Shown one piece after another: positions 48,696 to 60,010 of a stretch of DNA of 64,000 nucleotides. The notes beneath the pieces were generated by a model. That model was not told where the DNA came from. It searched no databases and saw only the letters and a list, made by a program, of their open reading frames with translations. The stretch is from Deltaproteobacteria bacterium (lineage in GTDB: Bacteria; Myxococcota; Kuafuiibacteriia; Kuafuiibacteriales; Kuafuiibacteriaceae), in NCBI GenBank assembly GCA_040218735.1, contig JAVJQW010000070.1, positions 425,370 to 489,369 on the forward strand, written 5' to 3'. The first letter of the stretch is position 1; each line of letters opens with the position of its first letter. The translations under genes were made by a program, and so were the position numbers.

Positions 48696-49754
48696 TCAGT
48701 GGACGACGTGTCCGAAGCGATCCCACCGCACCCCGCTGCGGGGGCCGTGGGAGAACCACACGAACATCGCCTTACCCTTCACGTAGTTGGTGGGCACGCC
48801 GCCCCACTCCCGGCCGTCCGCGGAGTTGTCGCGGTTGTCACCCATGGCGAACAAGTAGCCCTCCTCGACGATGCACTCCCCGACGCGGGTGGGGGTGTCA
48901 CGGGTGCAGGTCAGGCCGTCGAGGACGTTCTTCCCGACGGTCGATCCGCTGCGGTAGCCGTGCCGGTTGTAGATGACGTCGTAGCTGACCTCGCCGCCGA
49001 AGCTCGACTCCTCGTACAGCGTGGTGTCCTGGGTCAGGTCCTCGTCGGTCGCGGTGGGGAAGTCGCGGCCCTCGCCCTCTTCGACGTAGCTGAAGGACTG
49101 GGCCGCGCCGCGCTCGAGCTTCTTGCCGTTCACGAACACGTCGCGGTCGGCCCAGCGCACCCGATCCCCCGCCACCGCGATGACCCGCTTGATGTAGTCC
49201 TTCGAGGTGTCGCGCGGGAACCGGAACACGATGACGTCGCCGCGGCTCGGGGTGCCCCACTCCACGAACCACTTGTTCGTGAAGGGCACGCGCAGCCCGT
49301 AGATGAACTTGTTGACGAAGATGTGGTCGCCGACCGCGAGGGTCGGGATCATCGAGCCCGTGGGGATCTTGAAGGCCTCCACCACGAACGCCCGCAGGAC
49401 CACCGCGATGAGGATCGCGATGATGATCGACTCGGCGTACTCGCGGGTGGTGCTCTTCTTCGCGAAGCCGAGGGTCTGCTCGGTGCGGCTGTCGAGCTCC
49501 TTGAGGGCCGTCGAGAGGCGCTTGGCGTCCGGGCTCCCGTCGAGGGCCGAGCGCACGCCGTCCATCGCCTGGCGCAGCTTCTCCTGATCCTTTTCGCCGA
49601 CCTTCGCGCTGTGTTTCTTCAGCATGCGCTCGACGTCCTTGAGGAATCGCTGCGCCTTCTTCTTGGTCGCGCGGCTCGGCGGCCCGCTCGATTCGCTCGG
49701 GCTCCGCTCGGCGGAGCGCTGGCCGGACTTGGCCTTGGCGCGGGTCTTACTCAC
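48696..49754 (-). CDS. lepB: Signal peptidase I
   Basis: [33 protein letters not shown]. Follows lepA. Confidence 0.96.
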   Translation of the reverse strand: MSKTRAKAKSGQRSAERSPSESSGPPSRATKKKAQRFLKDVERMLKKHSAKVGEKDQEKLRQAMDGVRSALDGSPDAKRLSTALKELDSRTEQTLGFAKKSTTREYAESIIIAILIAVVLRAFVVEAFKIPTGSMIPTLAVGDHIFVNKFIYGLRVPFTNKWFVEWGTPSRGDVIVFRFPRDTSKDYIKRVIAVAGDRVRWADRDVFVNGKKLERGAAQSFSYVEEGEGRDFPTATDEDLTQDTTLYEESSFGGEVSYDVIYNRHGYRSGSTVGKNVLDGLTCTRDTPTRVGECIVEEGYLFAMGDNRDNSADGREWGGVPTNYVKGKAMFVWFSHGPRSGVRWDRFGHVVH

Positions 49755-51571
49755 TCGTCCACCTTGAGGATCGAAAGGAAGGCCTCCTGGGGGACCTCCA
49801 CGGCGCCGACCTGCTTCATCCGGCGCTTTCCTTCCTTCTGCCGCTCGATCAGCTTGCGCTTACGGGAGATGTCCCCGCCGTAGCACTTCGCCGTCACGTC
49901 CTTACGGTACGCCTTCACGGTCTCCCGCGAAATCACCTTGTTGCCGATCGCCGCCTGGATGGCCACATCGAACTGCTGACGCGGGATGATCTCCTTGAGC
50001 TTCGTCACGAGCAACTTCCCACGCTCGTACGCCCGCTCGCGGTGGACGATGATCGACAGGGCGTCGACGCGCTCCCCGTTGAGCAGCACGTCGAGCCGCA
50101 CGAGCGGCGCGGCGCGATACCCCGACAGCTCGTAATCGAGCGATGCGTAGCCACGGCTGACCGACTTCATCTTGTCGAAGAAGTCATAGACGACCTCCGC
50201 GAAAGGCAGCGCGTACGTGAGCATCACGCGCGACTTCGTCACGTACTCCATCCCGAGCTGCGTGCCGCGGCGATCCTCGCAGAGCTTCATCAGGCTCCCG
50301 ACGTAGTCCGACGGGGTGTGGATCTTCACCTTCACCACCGGCTCCTCGAGCAGCTCGACCTCGTCGGACGGCGGGAGGAGGGACGGGTTGTCGATGGACA
50401 CGACCTCCCCACCCTTGCGGGTCACGCGGTACACGGTCGTCGGCGAGGTGGTGATCAGCTCCGCGCCGAACTCCCGCTCGAGCCGCTCCTGCACGATGTT
50501 CATGTGGAGCAACCCGAGGAACCCGCAGCGGAACCCGAACCCGAGCGCCTGCGAGGACTCCGGCTCGAACGAAAACGCCGCGTCGTTGAGGCGGAGCTTG
50601 TCGAGCGCGTCGCGGAGCGCCTCGTACCCGGAGTTGAGGATCGGGAAGAAGCCGGCGAACACCATCGGCTTCACGTCGCGGAAGCCCGGCAGGCGCGAGG
50701 TCTTCGGCGCGTCGGCGGCGATGACGGTGTCACCGACCTTCGCGTTGCGGACCTCCTTGATGCTCGCGGAGAAGAAGCCGACCTCCCCCGCGACGAGCTG
50801 GTCGAGCTTCGCGGGGTGCGGCGCGAAGCAGCCGATCTCCATGACCTCGAAGGATCGCGAGGGGTTCTGCCCGAAAGCGATCCTCTCCCTCAGCTTCAAC
50901 CGCCCCTGCTTCACCCGCACCAGGCAGATGACGCCGCGGTAGGGATCGAACCACGAGTCGACGAGGAGCGCCTGCAGCGGCGCTTCGCGATCACCGTCCG
51001 GCGGGAGCATCCCCTCCACGACGGCCTCGAGGATGTCGTCGATCCCCACGCCGGTCTTGGCGCTGGCGAGGATCGCGTTCGAGGCGTCGAGGCCGACGAC
51101 GTCCTCGATCTCCTCCTTCACCTCGTCGGGGCGCGCCGCGGGGAGGTCGATCTTGTTGATGACCGGGATGATCTCCAGGTCCTGGTCGAGCGCCAGGTAG
51201 ACGTTCGCGAGGGTCTGCGCCTCGACGCCCTGCGCCGCGTCGACGACGAGCAGGGCCCCCTCACACGCCGCGAGCGACCGCGAGACCTCATAGGTGAAGT
51301 CGACGTGGCCGGGGGTGTCGATCAGGTTCAGCTGGTAGAGGTGCCCGTCCTTGGCGCGGTACGGCAGCCGTACCGCCTGGGCCTTGATGGTGATGCCCCG
51401 CTCCCGCTCCAGGTCCATCTTGTCGAGCCACTGGTCGGACTTTTCGCGGTCCGACAGGGCGCCCGTCCGCTCGAGGATCCGGTCGGCGAGCGTCGACTTG
51501 CCGTGATCGATGTGGGCGATGATCGAGAAGTTGCGGATTCGATCGATCGGGAAGTCGGATTCGCTGGCCAT
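49751..51571 (-). CDS. lepA: Elongation factor 4
   Basis: [63 protein letters not shown] 51571. Confidence 0.98.
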   Translation of the reverse strand: MASESDFPIDRIRNFSIIAHIDHGKSTLADRILERTGALSDREKSDQWLDKMDLERERGITIKAQAVRLPYRAKDGHLYQLNLIDTPGHVDFTYEVSRSLAACEGALLVVDAAQGVEAQTLANVYLALDQDLEIIPVINKIDLPAARPDEVKEEIEDVVGLDASNAILASAKTGVGIDDILEAVVEGMLPPDGDREAPLQALLVDSWFDPYRGVICLVRVKQGRLKLRERIAFGQNPSRSFEVMEIGCFAPHPAKLDQLVAGEVGFFSASIKEVRNAKVGDTVIAADAPKTSRLPGFRDVKPMVFAGFFPILNSGYEALRDALDKLRLNDAAFSFEPESSQALGFGFRCGFLGLLHMNIVQERLEREFGAELITTSPTTVYRVTRKGGEVVSIDNPSLLPPSDEVELLEEPVVKVKIHTPSDYVGSLMKLCEDRRGTQLGMEYVTKSRVMLTYALPFAEVVYDFFDKMKSVSRGYASLDYELSGYRAAPLVRLDVLLNGERVDALSIIVHRERAYERGKLLVTKLKEIIPRQQFDVAIQAAIGNKVISRETVKAYRKDVTAKCYGGDISRKRKLIERQKEGKRRMKQVGAVEVPQEAFLSILKVDE

Positions 51572-51588
51572 GCAGGCTGCGCGGGAGG

Positions 51589-52518
51589 TTAGGGAGCCCT
51601 CGGCGCGAAAGACAAGCCAAAGATACGACGGGCGGCCTCGGCCACCGACGGGTCCGCGGTGTCGGTCTCGGCGAGGTGTTTCAGCGTGCGGCCCGTCGCC
51701 GCGGGGAGGAGCGGGAGGACGATCGACGGGGGCGTGAAGGGGTTCGTCAGCACGGCGTGCTGCACACGGTCGGAGACGATCCAGCGATCCGCTTCGAGGA
51801 TCGCGTGCACCACGGGCGGGCGGATCGGACGGCGCGTCGCGATCCTCAGGACGTCCTCCTCGTTCACCCAGTCCAGCGCGAGCAGCGCGCGGACCCGCGC
51901 CGGGTCCGTGAGGAGGACGTACGCGTCGAGGCGTCGGCCGTTGAGGAAGCGACGCTGCGCCGGGGTCCAGCGCTCGAGCTCCCGCCGCGGAGGCGGCACG
52001 GCCCACCGCTCGAGCTCCTCGGCGTCCATCGCGGCGATCGCGTCGGCGTCGTAGTGAGCGCACCACGGCACCGGGCCCTCGTGCGGCACACGATCCGCGT
52101 CGCGCCAGACCACGGCGCGCGACGCGAAGCGCCGGGTCGACCGACCGAAGTCCGCCGGGCGCGCGTGCCGCGACACCAAGCGATGCGCCGCGGGCCGCGC
52201 GAGGAGCATCGCGGCGAGCGCGAGCTGCTCGGCCTGCGCGAATGCCAACGCGGCGTCGACCGCGTCTTCGCCCGCTTCGGCGCGGCGCTCTGCGATCGCG
52301 AGCCCCAACGCAAACGACGTCTGCTGCGCGCGCCCGTCGCGACGCGCGGCGAGGCGCGCGATCCGCTCGACGACGATCGCCAGCTCGGCGGGCGACCACG
52401 TCCGCAGGTGCCGCCGCATCACACCCCGCCGCAGGCCGAGCCCGCGGAGGCTGGGGATGGATTGGAGCAACGCGCGGACCCGCGAAGGCTCTTGCACCGT
52501 TGCGGCCAACATCGTCAT
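51589..52518 (-). CDS. Hypothetical helical protein
   Basis: Fills the lepA-serA gap. Helical C-terminal part '[12 protein letters not shown]...W....V..AVL.NPFTP'. Confidence 0.6.
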   Translation of the reverse strand: MTMLAATVQEPSRVRALLQSIPSLRGLGLRRGVMRRHLRTWSPAELAIVVERIARLAARRDGRAQQTSFALGLAIAERRAEAGEDAVDAALAFAQAEQLALAAMLLARPAAHRLVSRHARPADFGRSTRRFASRAVVWRDADRVPHEGPVPWCAHYDADAIAAMDAEELERWAVPPPRRELERWTPAQRRFLNGRRLDAYVLLTDPARVRALLALDWVNEEDVLRIATRRPIRPPVVHAILEADRWIVSDRVQHAVLTNPFTPPSIVLPLLPAATGRTLKHLAETDTADPSVAEAARRIFGLSFAPRAP

Positions 52519-52619
52519 TTCAGCCTACGCGAAGACGGCGGGAGGGGTCACCTACGGACTCATGACGCACCGCAGAAACAGGTGACGAATCCGGGCGCCG
52601 CCGCTACGGTCCGCGTCCC

Positions 52620-54221
52620 ATGAGTGACGCACCGTTTCGAGTACTCGTCAGCGACAAACTCGCGCCCGAAGGCATCCAGATCTTCGAGGGCGCCGAGGGG
52701 GTGGAGGTCGACAACCGCCCTGGCCTCTCCGCGGAGGACCTGTTGGGGGTCATCCACCAGTACGACGGCCTCGCGATCCGCAGCGCCACCAAGGTGACGC
52801 GCGAGGTGCTCGACAAGGCCACGAAGCTCAAGGTCGTGGGCCGCGCCGGGATCGGGACGGACAACGTCGACAAACCCGCCGCCTCCGAAAAGGGCGTGCT
52901 GGTGATGAACACGCCCGACGGCAACGTGGTGACCACCGCCGAGCACGCGATCTCGCTGATGTGCTCGCTCATGCGGAACATCCCCCAGGCGACGGCGTCG
53001 ATGAAGGCCGGCAAGTGGGAGAAGTCGAAGTTCGGCGGCAAGGAGCTGTACGACAAGACGCTGGGCGTCGTCGGGCTCGGCAACATCGGCACGATCGTGG
53101 CAAACCGGGCGCGGGGGCTGTCGATGAAGGTGGTCGCCTACGATCCCTTCGTCACGAAGGAGCGGGCCGCGAACCTCGGCGTGGAGCTCGCGGACCTCGA
53201 CACCCTCCTCGCGCGCGCCGACATCGTCACGCTGCACGTCCCGCTCGTGGACGGGACGAAGAACATCATCTCGAAGGACGCCATCGCGAAGATGAAGAAG
53301 GGTGCGTTCCTGGTGAACGCGGCGCGTGGGGGGCTCGTCGATGAAGCCGCGGTGGTCGCAGCGCTGGAGTCCGGGCACCTCGCGGGGGCAGCGTTCGACG
53401 TCTTCGAGAAGGAGCCGCCGCCCGCCGATCACCCCCTCCTGCACCGCGACGACGTCATCCTCACGCCCCACCTCGGCGCGTCGACGACGGAAGCGCAGGT
53501 CAACGTCGCGGTCGCGGTCGCGCAGCAGATCGTCGCGTACCTGACCGAGGGCGTGATTCAGAATGCGGTGAACGCGCCGGCGGTGTCGCCGGAGCTGATG
53601 AAGGTCGTCGGCCCGTACCTCGACCTGTCGCGAAAGATGGGCCGCATGGCGGGGCAGCTGCACGCCGGGGGCGTCGAGAAGGTGCGCGCGGTGTTCGCCG
53701 GGAAGAGCACCGAGCTCCCCGAGGCGCCCGTGACGGCGGCGCTGCTGACGGGGCTCCTCGAGTCCGCGTTCGGCCGCGACGTGAACCCGGTGAGCGCGCC
53801 GTACCTCGCGAAGGAGCGCGGCATCGAGGTCGTGGTCGAGCGCACCACGAAGGCGAAGGCGTTCTCGAACGGGATCTCGCTGGAGGTGTCGGGCGCGAAG
53901 ACGACGAAGATCGTCGGCGCGATGTTCGGCGACGAGACGCCGCGCATCGTCTCGGTGAACGGCTTTTCGGTGGAGGTCGTGCCGGAGGGGCGGCTGCTCC
54001 TCACGCACCACCACGACCGGCCGGGCATGCTCGGGCGCATCGGGACGATCCTCGGAGACAACGACGTCAACATCTCGCGCCTCGCGCTCGCGCGCTCCTC
54101 GGCGGACTCGGACGTCGCGGAGGCGGTGTTCTCGATCGACGGCGCGGTGCCGGAGGCGGTGCTGAAGACGATCACCGAGATCGACGGGATCGATTGGGCC
54201 AAACCGATCGACCTCGGCTGA
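52620..54221 (+). CDS. serA: D-3-phosphoglycerate dehydrogenase
   Basis: IRSATKVT, GRAGIG.DNVD, TTAEHA, GLGNIG, NAARGG, TPHLGAST. C-terminal ASB and ACT domains (DRPGMLG). Confidence 0.97.
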   Translation: MSDAPFRVLVSDKLAPEGIQIFEGAEGVEVDNRPGLSAEDLLGVIHQYDGLAIRSATKVTREVLDKATKLKVVGRAGIGTDNVDKPAASEKGVLVMNTPDGNVVTTAEHAISLMCSLMRNIPQATASMKAGKWEKSKFGGKELYDKTLGVVGLGNIGTIVANRARGLSMKVVAYDPFVTKERAANLGVELADLDTLLARADIVTLHVPLVDGTKNIISKDAIAKMKKGAFLVNAARGGLVDEAAVVAALESGHLAGAAFDVFEKEPPPADHPLLHRDDVILTPHLGASTTEAQVNVAVAVAQQIVAYLTEGVIQNAVNAPAVSPELMKVVGPYLDLSRKMGRMAGQLHAGGVEKVRAVFAGKSTELPEAPVTAALLTGLLESAFGRDVNPVSAPYLAKERGIEVVVERTTKAKAFSNGISLEVSGAKTTKIVGAMFGDETPRIVSVNGFSVEVVPEGRLLLTHHHDRPGMLGRIGTILGDNDVNISRLALARSSADSDVAEAVFSIDGAVPEAVLKTITEIDGIDWAKPIDLG

Positions 54222-54240
54222 TCGAGTCGAGAGACAAGCC

Positions 54241-54261
54241 AAAAAGTCTGTTTGACTCTTT
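54241..54261. promoter_or_regulatory. Candidate NrtR operator overlapping a TTGACT -35 element
   Basis: AT-rich 21-bp imperfect palindrome AAAAAGTC-TGTTT-GACTCTTT with a GT-N7-AC core, directly upstream of the NADAR gene. Confidence 0.6.
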
Positions 54262-54287
54262 TAGCATTGGTGCTCAGGTTGAGGGGT

Positions 54288-54842
54288 ATGTTGCCGCTCG
54301 ATCTGGACACCCTCCGCTCGGCCGTCGCGGCCGGCGCGAAGTTCGACTACCTCCCCTTCTACGGCCACCGCCCCTCCGAGGACGGCACGGTCACGCGCGC
54401 CTGCTTGTCGCAGTGGTACGTGTTCCCGTTCGACGTCGACGGGGTCACCTACGTGACCGCCGAGCACTGGATGATGGCGGGCAAGGCGCGCCTGTTCGGT
54501 GACGAAGCGATGCTCGCCGCGATCCTCGCGGCCCCCTCCCCGGCCGACGCCAAGAAGCTCGGCCGTCGGGTACGCGGCTTCGACGACGCCGCCTGGAAGG
54601 CGGCGCGCTTCGACCTCGTGACCGAGGGCAACGTCGCCAAGTTCACATCCGACGAAGCGCTACGCGACTTCCTCCTCGGCACGGGCGATACGATCCTCGT
54701 CGAGGCCGCCCCCCGCGACCGCATCTGGGGCATCGGCATGGGCGTCAACAACCCCGACGTCCACGACCCCGCGAAGTGGCGCGGCGCGAACCTCCTCGGC
54801 TTCGCGCTGGTCCGCGCCCGCCAGCGCCTCCGCGATCGGTGA
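54288..54842 (+). CDS. NADAR (YbiA-like) family protein
   Basis: CLSQWY, TAEHWMMA.KA.LF.D, AKKLGR.V, GN.AKF, LVEAAP.DRIWGIG, G.NLLG.AL..AR. Confidence 0.94.
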   Translation: MLPLDLDTLRSAVAAGAKFDYLPFYGHRPSEDGTVTRACLSQWYVFPFDVDGVTYVTAEHWMMAGKARLFGDEAMLAAILAAPSPADAKKLGRRVRGFDDAAWKAARFDLVTEGNVAKFTSDEALRDFLLGTGDTILVEAAPRDRIWGIGMGVNNPDVHDPAKWRGANLLGFALVRARQRLRDR

Positions 54843-54980
54843 TCCCGCGCAACTGCGGACACGTTCAGCGTCGCGCGAACGCATCACGAAGCACCGCGTC
54901 AACGTGGCGCCCCGGATGCATGGTCACGCATCTGGGGCGCTGTCGGCGGTTCGGAACGAAGCCTGCAGAAGGCAGGCGCG

Positions 54981-55664
54981 ATGCCCTTCGACTTCGAAAC
55001 GCAGTACCGCCGTGGAGCCCTCGCCGAATCCGTCCTCGATTCGATGTTCTCTCGGATGCTGCGCGTCGAACCCGTCAGCCGCGATGACCAACGCGACGGC
55101 ATCGACCGCGTCTTCCACTTCCGCGGACGTCGGTGGACGGTCGAGTACAAGACCGACTTTCGAGCCGCTCAGACCGGGCGTGTCTTCATCGAAACCGTCT
55201 CGAACGACCGCACGAAGAAGGCGGGGTGGTTGTACACGTCGCGCGCCGACTACCTACTGTATTTCGTGAGCGGCGCGGACTCCGTCTACGTCGTCCGGAT
55301 GGAGCGCCTCCGACACGCCGCGGTGTCGCGATGGATTGGGCGCTTCGAAGACCGTGCGGTCCCGAACCGAACGTACCGCACGCACGGGATGGCCGTCCCG
55401 ATCGACGAGCTCGATGCGATCGCGGACGGGGTCATCTGCACCTCAGATCCGTCGCGGACACGCATCGTGTGGACGCGCCGGCCTGATGAACTTCCGCCCC
55501 GGCACTGTGCCTTCTGGACGCCCGACGAGGACTCCCGCCTCCGCGGGCTCGTCGAGCGACGGTACCCGTACGAGGTGATCGCGCGCCGACTCGGCCGGAG
55601 CGTCGCTGCCGTCCGCACGCGGGCGATGCGACTTGGAGGCGGCTGGGGCTCCGATCGTCACTGA
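54981..55664 (+). CDS. PD-(D/E)XK nuclease-fold protein with C-terminal Myb/SANT-like HTH
   Basis: 'Q..GID', 'VEYKTD', 'TG.VFIET', 'GWLYTS.AD.L.Y'. Tail 'WTPDED..L..L......IA..LGRS..AV..RA.RL'. Confidence 0.72.
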   Translation: MPFDFETQYRRGALAESVLDSMFSRMLRVEPVSRDDQRDGIDRVFHFRGRRWTVEYKTDFRAAQTGRVFIETVSNDRTKKAGWLYTSRADYLLYFVSGADSVYVVRMERLRHAAVSRWIGRFEDRAVPNRTYRTHGMAVPIDELDAIADGVICTSDPSRTRIVWTRRPDELPPRHCAFWTPDEDSRLRGLVERRYPYEVIARRLGRSVAAVRTRAMRLGGGWGSDRH

Positions 55665-55683
55665 CACTCGGCCGCCTGAACCG

Positions 55684-58527
55684 TCAGAAGCTCCCGCCGA
55701 GGACGAGGTAGACGTTGTCGATCCCCGACGACGAGACCCCGCGCCCGTACCCCAGGCGCAGGGTGTAGGGCCGCACGTACGCGACGGCGAGATCCATGCG
55801 CAGCTCGGCGCCGACGCCCACGCTCGGCGACGCGATGGTGTTCCCCGCGTGGCCGGCGTCGACGAAGACCTCGGCGTGGATGCGATCGAAGTACAGCGGC
55901 AGCGTGAACCACCCCGTCGTGAGCGACGTGAGCGGGAGTCGGTACGCCAGCGACCCGAGGTAATACGTGCTCCCGCGCAGCGCCGTGCGCTCGTAGCCGC
56001 GGAGGTTGTCGACGCCGAAGCCGACCCCGTCGAGGGCGTCGGTCACGACGTTCCGAATCGGCAGGCCCCCCAGCACGAAGAACGCGCGCCCCGCCGTGTC
56101 GCCCGACGCCGCGCCGAGCGCGAGCCGCGCCGCGAGCACGTGGTGACGAGCCCACGGCATCGGCCAGTACCCGGTGGCCGCTGCGGTGACGTCGAAGACG
56201 CGAAGGTCCGAGCCGAGCGTCGGGGAGTGCATCCGCATCGCGACCGCGAGCGCCGTCCCGTTCACGGAGGACACCGACTCCGCGAACCCGCGGACGTTCG
56301 AGAAGGACCACGACGCGGCCACCGACGACAGCGTCAGGTCGCCGAGCGAGCGAGGCGCAGGTGCAAACGGGTCGTCGTCGAAGAGCGTCACGCCGCGCCG
56401 GGTCTCGACGCCGTAAGAAAGCCCGACCGCGTGTCCCGAATCCCAGAACGACATCGGGAACGACACCGAAGCGTTCAGGCGGAAGATCGTCTCCAGCCGG
56501 TCCTCGAACGTCGTGTCCGCGGCGAGGCGACCGGGGCGGTTCGTGGTGGTGAGCGCGGTCGAGATCGACAGCGGATACGGCGTCTGCCGGTTCGTGTAGT
56601 CGAACGCATAACCGAGGCGCTCCGAGCTCAGGCCATACCGCAGCGTGAGCGACCAGAGGTGCTGCTTCAACGCGTCCTCACCGGAGAGGATCAGGCCCAC
56701 CGCATCGCCGACCCCGTCCTGCGCGATCGCCGGGAGCCAGGCCTTCGGGAGCAACGCCTCCCACGCGTCGTAGGCGACGTCCGGATAGACCGCGGGGGAC
56801 ACGGTCGCCGTCACCGCGAACCGCGGGATGTCCGGCAGCGGCGCGCGCGGTTCGTCCAAGAGATCGATGGACCTCAGCTCCCAGCCCGTCGCGACGCCGT
56901 GCACGTAGAGGAGGCGTCGGCCGTCAGGGTGTGCGGCCGGCATGAGCGCGCCGCTCACGACGTTCGTCAGGCGTTCGATGACGCCGCTCCGGACGTCGAC
57001 CGCGTGGATGTTGAACACCCCGCCGCGATCACTCGCGAAGAAGATCCGGCGCCCGTCGGCGGACCAGCACGGGAAGCTGTCGCGCGTCGGACCGTCGGTG
57101 AGCTGCCGCCTCCGGCCGCCTTCGAAGACGACGAGGTTTCGTCCGCCGTCGTCGTCCGTCCGCACCGAGGCCACCACCGCGGACCCGTCGGGCGACCACC
57201 GCGGGTCGTAGACCTGCTCGCCCTCCTCGAGCCAACCGAGCGTCGCCGGGTCGTCCTCACCGTCCACGGACAACGTGACGAGCCGCGTCCGGCCCGCCTC
57301 CTGCGCGACGGCGACGATCGTCCCGTCGGGCGCGACGTCCGGCTCCTGCAGGCGCCATCCGAAGGTGCGGCGACGACGGCGCCCGGTCGCGACGTCGATG
57401 ATCTCCAGGTCGCGGTGTGAGTAGACCTGATCGACGGTGTCGCGGATCGTCGCGACGTAGCGCGCGCCGTCCGCCGTGAAGGCGCCTCGCCCGTCCGACG
57501 TCCGCAGGCGGAGTCGCGCCGTGACGAGATCGGGCGCGAGGACGACGAGGTCTTCGTCGTCGTGGCGCGGCGACGCCACCACCGCGAGCCGTCCGTCGCG
57601 CGCGAAGCGTGGGAACCGCACCAGCGGCGACTCGTTGGGCACGTGTGAACCGAGCCGCGGGCCCTCCGCCGCCACCCGCGCCGCGACGGCGTGCGCGCGC
57701 GCGACCTCCTCGGCGCGCCACAGGTCGAACAGCTCGACGAACGTCTCCCCCGTCGCACGCTCCGCCACGAGGTTGATCGCGTACGGGATCGGCCGCGCGC
57801 CGTAGCCGAGGGAGATCTCGCGCAGCGCCTCGACGCCGTGTCGGCGCGCGATGAAGTCGACGAAGCGCCCACCGAGGAACCACGCGTAGCTCGAACCCGG
57901 GAACGTGCGCGTGTAGTGCGTGAGGCGATCGATCTCGGGGAAGCCGTCCGCGAGCACCTGCGTCCGCACGAGCAGGTCGATGTACGTCGACTTCACGCGC
58001 CCGCCGCTCGTCAGGCGCGACTCCAGGAACGTCGCGAGCCCCTCGATGAACCAACGCGGCTGCACGCCGTTCGGCACGAGCGTCTTGCCGAGCACCGCGT
58101 TCACCCAGCTCGGGACCCCGAGGACCGTGTCGATGTGGACGATGTGCACGAGCTCGTGGGTGACGAGCAGGTCCATGAAGTCGTCGTAGTCGCCGAGCGT
58201 CTCGTGCGCGCGCGGCACCCCCGCGAACACCGTGACCACGTTCTGCGGGAGCGTCTGCGCGAAGCCGTTCGGGTCGTCGGTCTCGTCCGTGACCACGATG
58301 TGCACCGGCACGTTCGGCGCGTGCCCGAGCATCGTCGACAGCTCGGACAACGCGCGCTCCGCGATCCGGCTCACCCGCGCGGCGAGCGCGCCGGTGCCCT
58401 CGTGGTAGTGGACGCGACAGCGCGGCGTGACGATCGTTCGCCACACCCGTCGCGGCGCGGCGGCGTCAGCGGTGGGGGGTAGCTGGGAGAACGCGAGGAG
58501 CGCGACGACGAGAGCGAAGCGCCTCAC
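55684..58527 (-). CDS. Omp85-family protein with N-terminal zincin peptidase and TolB-like propeller
   Basis: Signal peptide from GTG 58527. HELVH...WFIEGLA, PD40 repeats 'P.WSPDG', barrel 'LRGY', 'FVDAG', terminal LGGSF. Confidence 0.85.
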   Translation of the reverse strand: MRRFALVVALLAFSQLPPTADAAAPRRVWRTIVTPRCRVHYHEGTGALAARVSRIAERALSELSTMLGHAPNVPVHIVVTDETDDPNGFAQTLPQNVVTVFAGVPRAHETLGDYDDFMDLLVTHELVHIVHIDTVLGVPSWVNAVLGKTLVPNGVQPRWFIEGLATFLESRLTSGGRVKSTYIDLLVRTQVLADGFPEIDRLTHYTRTFPGSSYAWFLGGRFVDFIARRHGVEALREISLGYGARPIPYAINLVAERATGETFVELFDLWRAEEVARAHAVAARVAAEGPRLGSHVPNESPLVRFPRFARDGRLAVVASPRHDDEDLVVLAPDLVTARLRLRTSDGRGAFTADGARYVATIRDTVDQVYSHRDLEIIDVATGRRRRRTFGWRLQEPDVAPDGTIVAVAQEAGRTRLVTLSVDGEDDPATLGWLEEGEQVYDPRWSPDGSAVVASVRTDDDGGRNLVVFEGGRRRQLTDGPTRDSFPCWSADGRRIFFASDRGGVFNIHAVDVRSGVIERLTNVVSGALMPAAHPDGRRLLYVHGVATGWELRSIDLLDEPRAPLPDIPRFAVTATVSPAVYPDVAYDAWEALLPKAWLPAIAQDGVGDAVGLILSGEDALKQHLWSLTLRYGLSSERLGYAFDYTNRQTPYPLSISTALTTTNRPGRLAADTTFEDRLETIFRLNASVSFPMSFWDSGHAVGLSYGVETRRGVTLFDDDPFAPAPRSLGDLTLSSVAASWSFSNVRGFAESVSSVNGTALAVAMRMHSPTLGSDLRVFDVTAAATGYWPMPWARHHVLAARLALGAASGDTAGRAFFVLGGLPIRNVVTDALDGVGFGVDNLRGYERTALRGSTYYLGSLAYRLPLTSLTTGWFTLPLYFDRIHAEVFVDAGHAGNTIASPSVGVGAELRMDLAVAYVRPYTLRLGYGRGVSSSGIDNVYLVLGGSF

Positions 58528-58538
58528 CGACGGGCATC

Positions 58539-59036
<498 letters not shown>

Positions 59037-59057
59037 GGGTCGGGGCTCCTGAGGGGG

Positions 59058-59603
59058 CTACTTCACGACCGGCAGCAGCGCGCGGCGCTCCTGCTTGACC
59101 TTGTCCTGAAGCATCATGATGGCGTCGAGCACGGCCTCGGGGCGCGGCGGGCAGCCCGGGATGTACACGTCGACCGGGATGATCGTGTCGATCCCCTGCA
59201 CCGTGGCGTAGTTGCGGTAGAACCCACCGCTCGACGCGCACACGCCGAAGCTGATCACCCACTTCGGTTCCGCCATCTGCTCGTAGACGGTGCGCAGCAC
59301 GGGCGCCTGTTTGTGGGTGATGGTCCCGACGACCATCAGCAGGTCCGCCTGGCGCGGCGAGAACCGCGGCAGCTCCGCGCCGAAGCGCGCGTAGTCATAG
59401 CGCGGGCCGGCGGTCGCCATGTACTCCATGCCGCAGCACGCGGTCACGAAGGGGTACTGGAAGAACGACCAACGCCGCCCCCAGTTCACGACCTCTTGGA
59501 CCGTGTCGTTCTTGTTCAGCAGGCGACGGAAGAACCCTTCGGCCGCCTCGACCGTGGTGGTCGTGGCCTCGTTCTGCAGGAGGTTGGCCTGGCTGTCGGA
59601 CAT
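59058..59603 (-). CDS. nuoB: NADH-quinone oxidoreductase subunit B
   Basis: [32 protein letters not shown]. Confidence 0.97.
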   Translation of the reverse strand: MSDSQANLLQNEATTTTVEAAEGFFRRLLNKNDTVQEVVNWGRRWSFFQYPFVTACCGMEYMATAGPRYDYARFGAELPRFSPRQADLLMVVGTITHKQAPVLRTVYEQMAEPKWVISFGVCASSGGFYRNYATVQGIDTIIPVDVYIPGCPPRPEAVLDAIMMLQDKVKQERRALLPVVK

Positions 59604-59625
59604 CGTTTCGACCGTAGCCCCTTCG

Positions 59626-59976
59626 TCACTCCCAGTCGAGCGCGCCCTTCTTCCACACGTAGACGAGCCCCAGGGTCAGGATGAACACGAAGCTGAGCAT
59701 GCTCCAGAACCCGAGCCACCCCAGGTCCTTGTAGATGACCGCCCACGGGAACAGGAAGACCGTCTCCATGTCGAAGAGGATGAACAGCAGCGCCACCACG
59801 TAGAACTTCACCGAGACACGCTTGGTGAGGTTCTTCGGGATGTTGCCGCACTCGAACGGCTCCGACTTGAGCGGGTTCGGCGCGCGCGGACCGAGGGTCG
59901 ACGTCAAGAAGTGCAGCGTCGACGCGATGCCGCCGGCGATCACGAACAAGACGAGGATGGTCCCGTAGCCGCCCAC
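59626..59976 (-). CDS. nuoA: NADH-quinone oxidoreductase subunit A
   Basis: [35 protein letters not shown] 59976. Confidence 0.95.
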   Translation of the reverse strand: MGGYGTILVLFVIAGGIASTLHFLTSTLGPRAPNPLKSEPFECGNIPKNLTKRVSVKFYVVALLFILFDMETVFLFPWAVIYKDLGWLGFWSMLSFVFILTLGLVYVWKKGALDWE

Positions 59977-60010
59977 TCGACGGGCCTTGTAGCCGTCCGG
60001 CGCCGACCAA

